Shown: positions 1-7,596 of the stretch, piece by piece
Numbering within the stretch: position 1 is the stretch's first letter
Layout of the letters: every line of letters begins with the position of its first letter
Source: a virus
Reading direction: 5' to 3' (one strand)
Length of the DNA stretch: 64,000 nt
Virus record (IMG/VR): IMGVR_UViG_3300045988_126355
Notes under the pieces: generated by a model
Told to the model about the DNA's origin: nothing
Seen by the model: the letters and a program-made list of their open reading frames with translations, nothing else
Databases searched by the model: none
Translations under genes and position numbers: made by a program

Positions 1-50
1 GTTTATGTGATGGGAGAGATATGGGAAAGAGGTTTATGTGATGGGAGAGA
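1..50. repeat. 19-bp perfect direct repeat gtttatgtgatgggagaga at 1-19 and 32-50
   Basis: Read directly; followed by C-rich tracts (cctcccgcccccg, ctcccccgcaccccc). Confidence 0.8.
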
Positions 51-80
51 GGGGGTACCTATCACGAACCTCCCGCCCCC

Positions 81-134
81 GAAACGCGTTTTCTCCCCCG
101 CACCCCCTTCGCTGGAAAACCGGAAACGCGTTTT
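81..134. repeat. Direct repeat gaaacgcgtttt (81-92, 123-134), each with an internal aacgcgtt palindrome
   Basis: Read directly. Confidence 0.7.
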
Positions 135-155
135 ACCTCAAACCCACAAACTCTC

Positions 156-233
156 TGATTATCAATCACTTATTTAAATTATTGATAATCAATGTGTTAT
201 TATAACCTATTGATTATAAGCCACTTAAATAAG
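156..233. promoter_or_regulatory. Nested inverted repeats: tgattatcaat (156-166) / attgataatca (181-191) and cttatttaa (169-177) / ttaaataag (225-233); likely protein-binding site or origin element
   Basis: Perfect 11-bp and 9-bp inverted arms; the tgattatcaat motif recurs at ~2356-2366. Confidence 0.45.
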
Positions 234-467
234 AATATATCCTACATATTAATGTACGCGTGTAATACTGCTCTTGTGTTTTTTTGTAACTTACTGATAA
301 TCAGATAATAGAATCGAAATTAATACAAGTTAACAAAAAAAATATAGCATATATATATGTAATATTGATAAATGTCGTATATTTGCGTCGTGATCGAGAG
401 AGATTACGAGTTAACATAGTGAACCTATATAGTGTACCCGTTGGGCTGGCTATATATGTATCTGTAA

Positions 468-1070
468 TTGCCTGCGTTGTGGGTCATTAATTTGAATATC
501 ATTTGTTTAACAATTAAAATATATTGGGATATGATTACGAAAAAAAATGTAAACAAACTACAGAATGCCGTTATCAAAGAAAATGCTGCAAATTTGGTAG
601 GTGCTGTTAAACTGTACAACGCTCTATTTGCTAATGGAGCTGATCTAAAGGCTATTTGCAAGGCTTTGGAAATACCGGCAGAATACGCCGTAAAGGTTGC
701 AGCCCTCGCCAAGGATAAAAAACGCCTGGTAGCCGTGTGTAGCCAAATGTTACCGAAAGTTGATAATACCTTTGTTAAATTTGCTTTATACTCTAAAGTA
801 TATAAGGATACCAATGCGGACAAAGAAAAAGGAATTGAAGCTAAAACGGCTGATTGGTGCGCTGAGAATGTGGTTTACGGTAGCGAATATAAAGCATTTG
901 GTTTTACTACTGCCGAATCATTGGAGAATAAAAAAAGTACTAAATGGTTGGTAAAAGAAACCAACGAGTACAAATCTACTTATGTGGCTGTTAAGATCAA
1001 ATCTTATTCTATTCGCACTGTGGCAAAGTGTGTAAGTGAATACCTCGCACATGAAAGCAACCAGCAGTAA
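468..1070 (+). CDS. hypothetical protein (200 aa; true start may be the internal Met at ~532)
   Basis: Long ORF, first gene of the plus-strand block. Confidence 0.5.
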   Translation: MPALWVINLNIICLTIKIYWDMITKKNVNKLQNAVIKENAANLVGAVKLYNALFANGADLKAICKALEIPAEYAVKVAALAKDKKRLVAVCSQMLPKVDNTFVKFALYSKVYKDTNADKEKGIEAKTADWCAENVVYGSEYKAFGFTTAESLENKKSTKWLVKETNEYKSTYVAVKIKSYSIRTVAKCVSEYLAHESNQQ

Positions 1071-1567
1071 CAAGGCACGGAGAGCGCCGTTAAGCTCTCC
1101 AAAGGTTTGACGCGTACCGTTAAACGCGTCTGTACGCCGTTGTCAGTGGGTGCACGTCCCGCGTATGCTTTAGACTGAAGCTGACAAAATAGAGAGTTAT
1201 TTTACATATTGGAGATAGATATACCGTTGCCCTTGCCGTTGGCAATTAAAGGGCTGGTATTACTGCATGGACTATCCGAATAGGTATAGTTTATGTTAGG
1301 TATGTGATTACAGTTTGGAAAACATGCCGTTGTACGAGGTTTATCTCCAGATCGAAACGTGTCTTACTTGCTTACACGAAAAATAGAACAAGGCTGTAGA
1401 TTAAATTACAGGGTATAAACATGTAGCCTAACATGTAGGAACATGTTGTATCAAAACGCAAGGACACAATCGCCTTTATTTGTGGCTAAGTTGTGTAGCA
1501 GACGGAAAATATAATAACAACATAGTACGGGCCTGTACGCAAGAACTACGTACTAATTACGGGCTGT

Positions 1568-1631
1568 TGGTTGTAGCATAAAATCTCTATAGGATAGGAA
1601 TGCGCGTCCGGTTCGATTCCGGAGCAACCTC
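1568..1631 (+). ncRNA. tRNA-like element E1: 6-bp acceptor-like stem plus canonical T-arm (tccgg-TTCGATT-ccgga); too short (~64 nt) for a standard tRNA
   Basis: GGTTCGATTCC T-loop consensus at 1610-1620; 5' ggttgt (1569-1574) pairs with gcaacc (1624-1629). Lies at the 3' end of a 580-bp non-coding island, 23 nt before an ATG. Confidence 0.3.
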
Positions 1632-1654
1632 TAAATTATAAATAATATAATAGC

Positions 1655-1825
1655 ATGGAAAAGAAAGCAATGATCAACGCTTTAACTGAAGCGTTCAATA
1701 AATCTAAAAACAGTTGCGTAAAAATAACATTGCGTAACTATATCGAGACGGTGGAAACATTGAGCGAAAGTGAGTACAAAGAGGCGGAAGGTTTCTATAT
1801 TGAAGCACTTAACCGCTGGAGTTAA
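1655..1825 (+). CDS. small hypothetical protein (56 aa, MEKKAMINALTEAF...)
   Basis: ORF below the track threshold; translated by hand. ATG lies 23 nt after E1. Confidence 0.35.
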   Translation: MEKKAMINALTEAFNKSKNSCVKITLRNYIETVETLSESEYKEAEGFYIEALNRWS

Positions 1826-1847
1826 TCATAATTAAAGCATAAAGAAA

Positions 1848-2054
1848 ATGGAAAGGAAATTTAAATCTCATATGGTAGACGTCCGCGGTCTGTCCAGGAA
1901 AGAAGCTAAAGAAAAGCGGAAAAGAGCGTATCGGGAATTTATGTTGTATCGTGATCTCAAAGAAGCGTATCATGCCGATACAGGAAAGGACAAATGCAAG
2001 CGTAAAGTTCATACATCACGAACATACGTGAAAGAAAACATAAACAGTATTTAA
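1848..2054 (+). CDS. small basic hypothetical protein (68 aa)
   Basis: ORF; K/R-rich. Confidence 0.4.
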   Translation: MERKFKSHMVDVRGLSRKEAKEKRKRAYREFMLYRDLKEAYHADTGKDKCKRKVHTSRTYVKENINSI

Positions 2055-2060
2055 ACAGGA

Positions 2061-2093
2061 ATAGGGTTGTTCCGAATATCGGAGTAGCCCTAT
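2061..2093 (+). terminator. hairpin atagggt...(loop)...gccctat followed by ttt
   Basis: 8-bp stem immediately after the stop at 2054. Confidence 0.35.
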
Positions 2094-2155
2094 TTTCGTA
2101 TCCTACTCTTTCTATTTACGGGTAGGTATTCTGAGAGTGAACGGCGGACGTGGAC

Positions 2156-2250
2156 AAAATTGGTCTAAAACGAAACAAAAATAAGGCCATTCGGATATAA
2201 TGCCGGTATTTTGTCTATATCATGTCGTTAAAATTGGTCTAAAACGAAAC
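2156..2250. repeat. 21-bp direct repeat aaaattggtctaaaacgaaac at 2156-2176 and 2230-2250
   Basis: Perfect copies 74 bp apart in a non-coding region. Confidence 0.8.
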
Positions 2251-2253
2251 TTG

Positions 2254-2298
2254 AGGCGGTTTTCTGACCCAAAATAGGGTGTCGGATGCCGCCTTTTT
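2254..2298 (+). terminator. ggcgg...ccgcc stem followed by ttttt
   Basis: GC stem plus T-run; the loop is long (~29 nt) with an inner gaccc/gggtg pairing. Confidence 0.35.
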
Positions 2299-2772
2299 CA
2301 TCTCTATGGATTGAAAATCAGGCTTATTGTATTTTTCTTAAAAATAAGGTATGCTTGATTATCAATTAGTTAGGTTTTATAATACCCGTATTTTTGGACA
2401 TACTTATTGTAATTTTTTTATTTTATGTGGTGGTTTTTATTAGTATCTGACCTGTATTTTTTATCGGTTGGAGTAAGGTCTATGTTAGAGTACGGACCAG
2501 ATCAGTATAATATCGTGATGGTTTTTTGCTTTTCGTTTCTGGCTTTGATTATAGGTCTGAATATCTATCTTGATAGGAGGAGCAGGCGGTAGGGCGTGGG
2601 CTGAAGGCTCTCTATTCTCTCTATGGAATGATATTATCTCCAAATCCCCCATACTCCATGCCAGAGTATAAGCTTGTAGCGCTCTCCGTATGCCTGTAGT
2701 GAGGCCGAGAGCGCAGGTTCTATGCGGGAAGCCGGAGGATTAGCCGGGGTTGGAGAGGGGGAGAGGGAGGGC

Positions 2773-2924
2773 ACTCTCTTCCAACAAAATTCAACTCTCT
2801 TCCAACAAAATTCAATAGATCAGAGCTTTAAAACTCTCTTCCAACAAAATTCAATAGATCAGAGCTTTAAAACGGCATTTTGTAGTTTCTTCCAACAAAA
2901 TTAAGACTTACAGCGTTTTTAAAA
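2773..2924. repeat. Tandem array: 39-bp unit ctctcttccaacaaaattcaatagatcagagctttaaaa repeated twice (2795-2833, 2834-2872) flanked by partial copies
   Basis: Read directly. Preceded by a GA-rich tract ggggttggagagggggagagggaggg at 2745-2771. The 60-aa ORF here is only a read-through of the repeats. Confidence 0.85.
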
Positions 2925-3011
2925 CAGTATTCTGTAGGTAAGAGTTAAGGACTGCATTATGTGAGTATTTTTTTTTCAATCGGAATGTTTAACAATTAAA
3001 ACATAAACAAC

Positions 3012-3272
3012 ATGAACGTATATGACTTTGCGCCTGACTTAGATTTGAGTAAGGAGGTAGAAGGTTCTATTTTTGGGGTGAAAGGAATAGAAGGTAGTGA
3101 TGGTATAGTATATGCTAAGGTAGTTAGCTGTGAAGAAGTTAAGGATTACAGTTGTGATAGGTGTATTTTTTATGATTGTTGTAAAGATACATGTTTGTTA
3201 TCGCGTAGTGATAGTTGTATAGATGGAGATTGGATTTGTAGGTACGAACAGGCTGCCATAGAGGGGGAGTAG
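3012..3272 (+). CDS. small Cys-rich protein, member of a C-D-R-C-I-F paralog family (86 aa)
   Basis: Motif SCDRCIFYDCC; paralogs at 4853 and 26105. Confidence 0.5.
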   Translation: MNVYDFAPDLDLSKEVEGSIFGVKGIEGSDGIVYAKVVSCEEVKDYSCDRCIFYDCCKDTCLLSRSDSCIDGDWICRYEQAAIEGE

Positions 3273-3379
3273 GCGGCGCCTTGGGCTAAGGCCTGCGGTT
3301 GTAGGTGGAACGTAGGTCGGAGCAGAGCCGGAACAGTTTATTGTGGAACTAAAAAAAATAAAAAGGAGGAGATAGCGAT

Positions 3380-3460
3380 ATGAAAAAGGCATTTAAGATA
3401 TTTTCTATTATGTTTGTCATAGAAATAGTGCTGATAGCTATTTTAGATGCTATGGCGTAA
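3380..3460 (+). CDS. putative 26-aa hydrophobic micropeptide MKKAFKIFSIMFVIEIVLIAILDAMA
   Basis: Strong SD aaaaggaggag 8 nt upstream of the ATG; single TM-like span. Confidence 0.3.
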   Translation: MKKAFKIFSIMFVIEIVLIAILDAMA

Positions 3461-3502
3461 GTGAGAAAAATTTCTTCATTAATTTTCTTATGCTTTAGAC
3501 AG

Positions 3503-3532
3503 AATGCTCCCATCTGCGAAGATCGGAGCATT
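3503..3532 (+). terminator. perfect 8-bp hairpin aatgctcc-(14 nt)-ggagcatt followed by tgctttat
   Basis: Read directly; sits 8 nt upstream of tRNA-like element E2. Confidence 0.35.
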
Positions 3533-3539
3533 TGCTTTA

Positions 3540-3584
3540 TGGGATTCATGGTGCGGTAGGCTGGTTCGATTCCGGCGATCTCAC
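3540..3584 (+). ncRNA. tRNA-like mini-element E2: 7-bp acceptor-like stem (tgggatt/gatctca) plus T-arm gctgg-TTCGATT-ccggc; only 45 nt
   Basis: Canonical T-loop; homologous to E3 (shared ...ggttcgattcYggSc.atctcacaMaaca). Ends 23 nt before the ATG at 3608. Confidence 0.35.
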
Positions 3585-3607
3585 ACAACATTAAAATAGG
3601 GAAGAAC

Positions 3608-4012
3608 ATGTTAAAAGAAGAATTTGAAGAACTGATTAAAAGGGAGGTAAACGAAAATCAGTATAAAAACATAGAAACGGCATACGAGGCTTTGCCGGAG
3701 TATATGGATAAGATGTATTTAGCAAATGCTATTTCAAATGATATTGGGAAAGCTATTAATGTCTTATCGTTTTTAGGATCGTATATAAGCGAGTTAATGG
3801 GTTCGATAATAATCGAAAGGCAAAAGGTGGAATCATGTGCCTATGATTTAATAAATAAATCGCATGAGGAGGATGACTTGAAAGCAAGAGAGATTGCCGT
3901 GCGATTAATAGGAGAGAGGGAAACAGTGGCATACACAGTAAAAGAAGGGCTGCCATTGTGGGAACAAGATAAAAAGTTTATAATAGAATTAATGAAGGAG
4001 GAAAGAAAATGA
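3608..4012 (+). CDS. hypothetical protein (134 aa)
   Basis: ORF; stop overlaps the next start (ATGA). Confidence 0.5.
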   Translation: MLKEEFEELIKREVNENQYKNIETAYEALPEYMDKMYLANAISNDIGKAINVLSFLGSYISELMGSIIIERQKVESCAYDLINKSHEEDDLKAREIAVRLIGERETVAYTVKEGLPLWEQDKKFIIELMKEERK

Positions 4013-4350
4013 AAGATGGTATTACATTACATCCAGAACACGGATTGAATCCGTCTATAGAAGTCTGCATGATATGTGGCGAAGAGATGGGGATTGCTTT
4101 ATTAGGGAATAACATCAAAGGGCAGGCGCCGCATCATATATGCACGGGAGAAATATGTGACAATTGCAAAAAGATAATAGATGACGGAGGTTGTTTTATT
4201 ATCGAAGTCGAGGATGGATCAGATCAAAAGAATCCGTATCGTACAGGGAGATATTGCGCGATAAAGAAAGAAGCAGCAAAGAAAATACTTGGACAGGAAC
4301 ATAGTGTTGTGTACATGGAAAAGTCTGCATACAGTCAAATAATACCATAA
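4009..4350 (+). CDS. zinc-finger-like Cys-rich protein (113 aa)
   Basis: CMICGEE...HHICTGEICDNCKK...GGCF cysteine pattern. Confidence 0.5.
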   Translation: MKDGITLHPEHGLNPSIEVCMICGEEMGIALLGNNIKGQAPHHICTGEICDNCKKIIDDGGCFIIEVEDGSDQKNPYRTGRYCAIKKEAAKKILGQEHSVVYMEKSAYSQIIP

Positions 4351-4364
4351 AAATAAAGAAGGAT

Positions 4365-4679
4365 ATGTTTACAAAAGAAGAGCGATTATTCATATGGAAA
4401 AAGGTATATGAGATGATTGATAGGTTAGAGGATGGGGAATACATATGTGTTGCGTTAAGAAATGTAGTGTTTATGTATCTCAAAACACATAAAAATATAT
4501 ATGAGTTTCGTTCAGACGAAATGGTGAGAATATATTTCCCGGAATTGGAGGAGAAGATAAGTATGGCCACAGAACCAGAGGAAACAAGAACGTTTTATGG
4601 GTGGTTTGGTTGTCTTAGTCCAGAAACGAAGGAGGTGAGGCTGAATATTGTGAAAGATATTATAAAAGAATTAGAATAG
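4365..4679 (+). CDS. hypothetical protein (104 aa)
   Basis: ORF. Confidence 0.45.
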   Translation: MFTKEERLFIWKKVYEMIDRLEDGEYICVALRNVVFMYLKTHKNIYEFRSDEMVRIYFPELEEKISMATEPEETRTFYGWFGCLSPETKEVRLNIVKDIIKELE

Positions 4680-4725
4680 TATTTTTGTTAATCTATTTTA
4701 TTCATCAAATTAAGTTTTGGGTTTT

Positions 4726-4755
4726 GGCATGTCGGTTCGTGAGGATAGACATGCC
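4726..4755 (+). terminator. perfect 8-bp hairpin ggcatgtc-(14 nt)-gacatgcc followed by tatttctgtatc
   Basis: Same position relative to E3 as the 3503 hairpin is to E2. Confidence 0.35.
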
Positions 4756-4771
4756 TATTTCTGTATCATAG

Positions 4772-4832
4772 AGGGATGACGCGGCGTGCCGGTGCGTATG
4801 TGCCGGTCCTGGTTCGATTCTGGGCATCTCAC
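4772..4832 (+). ncRNA. tRNA-like element E3: acceptor-like stem gggatg/catctc plus T-arm cctgg-TTCGATT-ctggg; 61 nt
   Basis: Homolog of E2 with a 16-nt GC-rich insertion; compensatory change at the stem base (G-C here vs U-G in E2). Ends 20 nt before the ATG at 4853. Confidence 0.35.
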
Positions 4833-4852
4833 AAACAATAAAACATAATTAT

Positions 4853-5101
4853 ATGGAAGTAATAACATTCGGTCCGAACATGGATTTGTCTTCTAAAGAA
4901 GCAGGGGATGTATTTAGATTAAAATTGTATGGCATAGAGTATGAGGTCAAAGTAGTTAGTGACGACGAAGAGCCTGTTATGTTCTGCAAAGATTGTATAT
5001 TTTTTAACAACACAGGACGGTGTTCACTCTCAGAATCGCAAGACTGGTGCTTAAAAAAGCAAGTTGTTTACTGTAAAATAAGACATGATGGGGGAATTTA
5101 A
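4853..5101 (+). CDS. small Cys-rich protein, C-K-D-C-I-F paralog (82 aa)
   Basis: FCKDCIFFNNTGRC motif; similar N-terminus to 3012 (F.PD/NMDLS.KE.G..F). Confidence 0.5.
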   Translation: MEVITFGPNMDLSSKEAGDVFRLKLYGIEYEVKVVSDDEEPVMFCKDCIFFNNTGRCSLSESQDWCLKKQVVYCKIRHDGGI

Positions 5102-5282
5102 TGCGAAAGACGCCAATTTCTTATGGCGTCAAATGGGTAAGATTGACGGGGTGATAGAAACTCTGAACCGTACCGGAGGAGAAATGCCGACAATTATAGC
5201 CGGAGTGCTAAAAAGAATAAGAGACGATATAGATAAGTTTGTAGATAATAAAACGAAAGATTATGAGAATATACAAGAATGA
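5085..5282 (+). CDS. hypothetical protein (65 aa)
   Basis: ORF. Confidence 0.35.
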   Translation: MMGEFNAKDANFLWRQMGKIDGVIETLNRTGGEMPTIIAGVLKRIRDDIDKFVDNKTKDYENIQE

Positions 5283-5496
5283 TATTATAAAGGCGTCAGC
5301 AATAAGCACCGGAGCCGACAGAGGTGTGTTGCTGTGTTCAATAACAGATTCAGGCTTTACGTCTATAGCGGGCGTAATATCGGCTGTTAAGGATAGGTTA
5401 CCAAACGAAGATCACAAGAAGATGGTTTTTGAAATCTTGAATGATACGAAAAAAGAGTACGGAAGATATAATAATTGCGGAACAAAAGTATTGTAA
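5263..5496 (+). CDS. hypothetical protein (77 aa)
   Basis: ORF. Confidence 0.35.
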   Translation: MRIYKNDIIKASAISTGADRGVLLCSITDSGFTSIAGVISAVKDRLPNEDHKKMVFEILNDTKKEYGRYNNCGTKVL

Positions 5497-5553
5497 TAAA
5501 GATTAAAAAACAATATGTTTATGTAATGTTAGTTTTTTCATTTTTATTGAAAG

Positions 5554-5590
5554 GAGCGCCGGCCTGTGAAGGTATGCGCTCTTTGTATTT
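5554..5590 (+). terminator. gagcgc-(16 nt)-gcgctc hairpin plus tttgtattt
   Basis: Perfect 6-bp GC stem plus T-rich tail after the stop at 5496. Confidence 0.5.
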
Positions 5591-5615
5591 ATATAATGCA
5601 TAAAACAATAATAAG

Positions 5616-5870
5616 ATGACAGATAATAACATAGATGTGAATATCGTACCTATAAAGAATGGTGCGAAACGTGTTGTGGTATCATATTACCATTATTCAC
5701 GCAAGGACAAAAATCACATGAGTTCCCAAACGGATTACGTGTGGGAAACAAAGAATGAAGAAATGTTTAAATACTTTGAGGCCAGGAGGACAAAAGTATT
5801 TTATAGTCAGATTCGTGCCATGTGTAGATTCTATGGCACGAAAAATGTACGTAAATACAAAAAGCTGTGA
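5616..5870 (+). CDS. hypothetical protein (84 aa)
   Basis: ORF. Confidence 0.4.
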   Translation: MTDNNIDVNIVPIKNGAKRVVVSYYHYSRKDKNHMSSQTDYVWETKNEEMFKYFEARRTKVFYSQIRAMCRFYGTKNVRKYKKL

Positions 5871-6676
5871 TATTAAAAACGACAACCAACGAGTTTTGTT
5901 TCATTAACGTAAGTTTCTATGAAACAATAGCGGATCCTCGCTATTTCTTTGAACAAGATTATGAAGAGATGCCGGAATATGAGGAAGAATCGGATTTTGA
6001 TTTTGATTCTTATTGCAATAAGTTTATTCCTTTTGTACAGGAATGGGCGAATGAGGTAAGTGAATACCTTTACGGATATGGCGTAAATAACATAAAGGTA
6101 ACATCGGTCGGACATCCAAAAGAATACAATTATGGTACCGATTGGATGAACGTAGAGGTAGAGTTTTGTGATGAATGGAGGCAAAAGATGTTATTTAACA
6201 TTGGTAAGATTGTCAATGATGATAAATGCAAGAAGTATGCGGAGGCTAATTACCGGTCGGTACCAGGATACATCTTTTTTGGGCCTGAAGATTTAAAGGA
6301 ATTTGAAGAGGAAATAATAGAAAGAAAGTCAGATTCGGGATATGATGTAACAATATTATTAAATATGTATCTAACTTTGGCTTTTGTAAAAGAATTTGGA
6401 TTTAAAGCCGGAGAAGCGTGGAGTAAAATAACAGAATACGCTTACGGATGTTTGTCGTATTCTGATTTTGCAACAACAGAGATGCTTATACCAGAAGGTT
6501 CGGAGCATTTATTCAAAGACATTTACACGGCAAAGGCCGACGAATTATATCATCATGTCCTGGATAAATTCGGATGGGCGTGGCGTGATCCGAAATATAA
6601 ATCAGAAACAGAATTATGCTCAATGTTAAAATGGGCAAAAGAAAAAGGCTTGACCATTGAAGAGTTAAGTATTTAA
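5867..6676 (+). CDS. hypothetical acidic protein (269 aa)
   Basis: Long ORF, ATGA-coupled to the preceding gene. Confidence 0.5.
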   Translation: MILKTTTNEFCFINVSFYETIADPRYFFEQDYEEMPEYEEESDFDFDSYCNKFIPFVQEWANEVSEYLYGYGVNNIKVTSVGHPKEYNYGTDWMNVEVEFCDEWRQKMLFNIGKIVNDDKCKKYAEANYRSVPGYIFFGPEDLKEFEEEIIERKSDSGYDVTILLNMYLTLAFVKEFGFKAGEAWSKITEYAYGCLSYSDFATTEMLIPEGSEHLFKDIYTAKADELYHHVLDKFGWAWRDPKYKSETELCSMLKWAKEKGLTIEELSI

Positions 6677-6703
6677 TTGTTAAACATAAGGCAGTAGTGG
6701 TGC

Positions 6704-6988
6704 GTGAGTATAGGTGCTGCCGTTAAAATATTTTATAAGATGAAAAAAGAAGAGATTCAAACTATTTTATACACAATCAAAGAAGGAGACAGTATTAAAA
6801 TCAAAGTACAAGACAAAAGTGAAGAGATAAGACTGCGGGATCATGTAAGAAGAGTACAGAAATACGGATACAGGTTTTGTTTGTCTCATTTACATGATGA
6901 AATTTTCTATCTGGAGAAGTTGAAAGAAGGGGATAAGGATAAATACTATAGAGTAATAAACAGAGGAAATGGAAAGACCGGAGTATAA
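6704..6988 (+). CDS. hypothetical protein (94 aa)
   Basis: ORF. Confidence 0.4.
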   Translation: MSIGAAVKIFYKMKKEEIQTILYTIKEGDSIKIKVQDKSEEIRLRDHVRRVQKYGYRFCLSHLHDEIFYLEKLKEGDKDKYYRVINRGNGKTGV

Positions 6989-7262
6989 TAAGCTACGCAA
7001 AATGGCTAAGACTACTCCAGGTCTGATAGTGGACGAGGTGCAAAACATGATGCGTGTATCGCTGTATGATAATGGGGAACTTAAGAAGGTGGTAGTAGTA
7101 ATGAAATGCGATTCTTTTTTACAGTCAAAAAGTAACATAGAAAAGATAATGTTATTATCATCTTCTATAGAAGATAGAAAAAACAAAGAAAAAAATAAAA
7201 CAAAATCAGAAAATGAACAGAATAACAAAAATAAGAGAAGAAATAGGAGGAAAACAGGTTGA
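6969..7262 (+). CDS. hypothetical protein with strongly basic C-terminus (97 aa)
   Basis: ORF; tail NKNKRRNRRKTG. Confidence 0.35.
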   Translation: MERPEYNKLRKMAKTTPGLIVDEVQNMMRVSLYDNGELKKVVVVMKCDSFLQSKSNIEKIMLLSSSIEDRKNKEKNKTKSENEQNNKNKRRNRRKTG

Positions 7263-7596
7263 TTTGACCTTTTACGGGCGCTTTTGCAGCCTTATCGAAG
7301 GTGATAGGAAGATAATACTAAGGGCAATAAAAAACGGTCGTAAGAAGGGCGTAATTGGGGCCATTCAGCCTGGGAGACATGATAGAATTTGGACCACATG
7401 GTCTGTCGCTTTTGATGATCTGAAGGTAGGGGATACGGTAGAGTTCAGTACATCTGGAAAATACAATCCCGGATTTCATGCTACGGAAAAGTATGTAGGG
7501 TGTGTAGAATGGATAAAAGGATCGGAATGTGCGATAAAAACCGGTAAGGGAATAGCAGTAGTATTAATTAAACACGTAGAAAGGATAGTAAAATGA
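7213..7596 (+). CDS. hypothetical protein (127 aa), possibly ASCH/PUA-like
   Basis: ORF; weak by-eye resemblance only. Confidence 0.4.
   Translation: MNRITKIREEIGGKQVDLTFYGRFCSLIEGDRKIILRAIKNGRKKGVIGAIQPGRHDRIWTTWSVAFDDLKVGDTVEFSTSGKYNPGFHATEKYVGCVEWIKGSECAIKTGKGIAVVLIKHVERIVK

Noticed and set aside
2773-2924. Possible CRISPR array
   Set aside because: The repeats are tandem with identical 'spacers' (39-bp unit repeated verbatim), there are no unique spacers, and the length is wrong. It is a satellite/iteron-type repeat.
3349-3609. Minus-strand 86-aa ORF overlapping the micro-ORF and module E2
   Set aside because: It is the only antisense ORF locally and overlaps structured RNA elements. 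The translation is hydrophobic junk, though it cannot be fully excluded.
1568-4832. Three canonical tRNA genes
   Set aside because: T-arms are perfect, but the spans between acceptor-like stem and T-arm (13-32 nt) cannot hold D and anticodon arms. I could not fold a cloverleaf by hand. They are kept as tRNA-like elements at low confidence.
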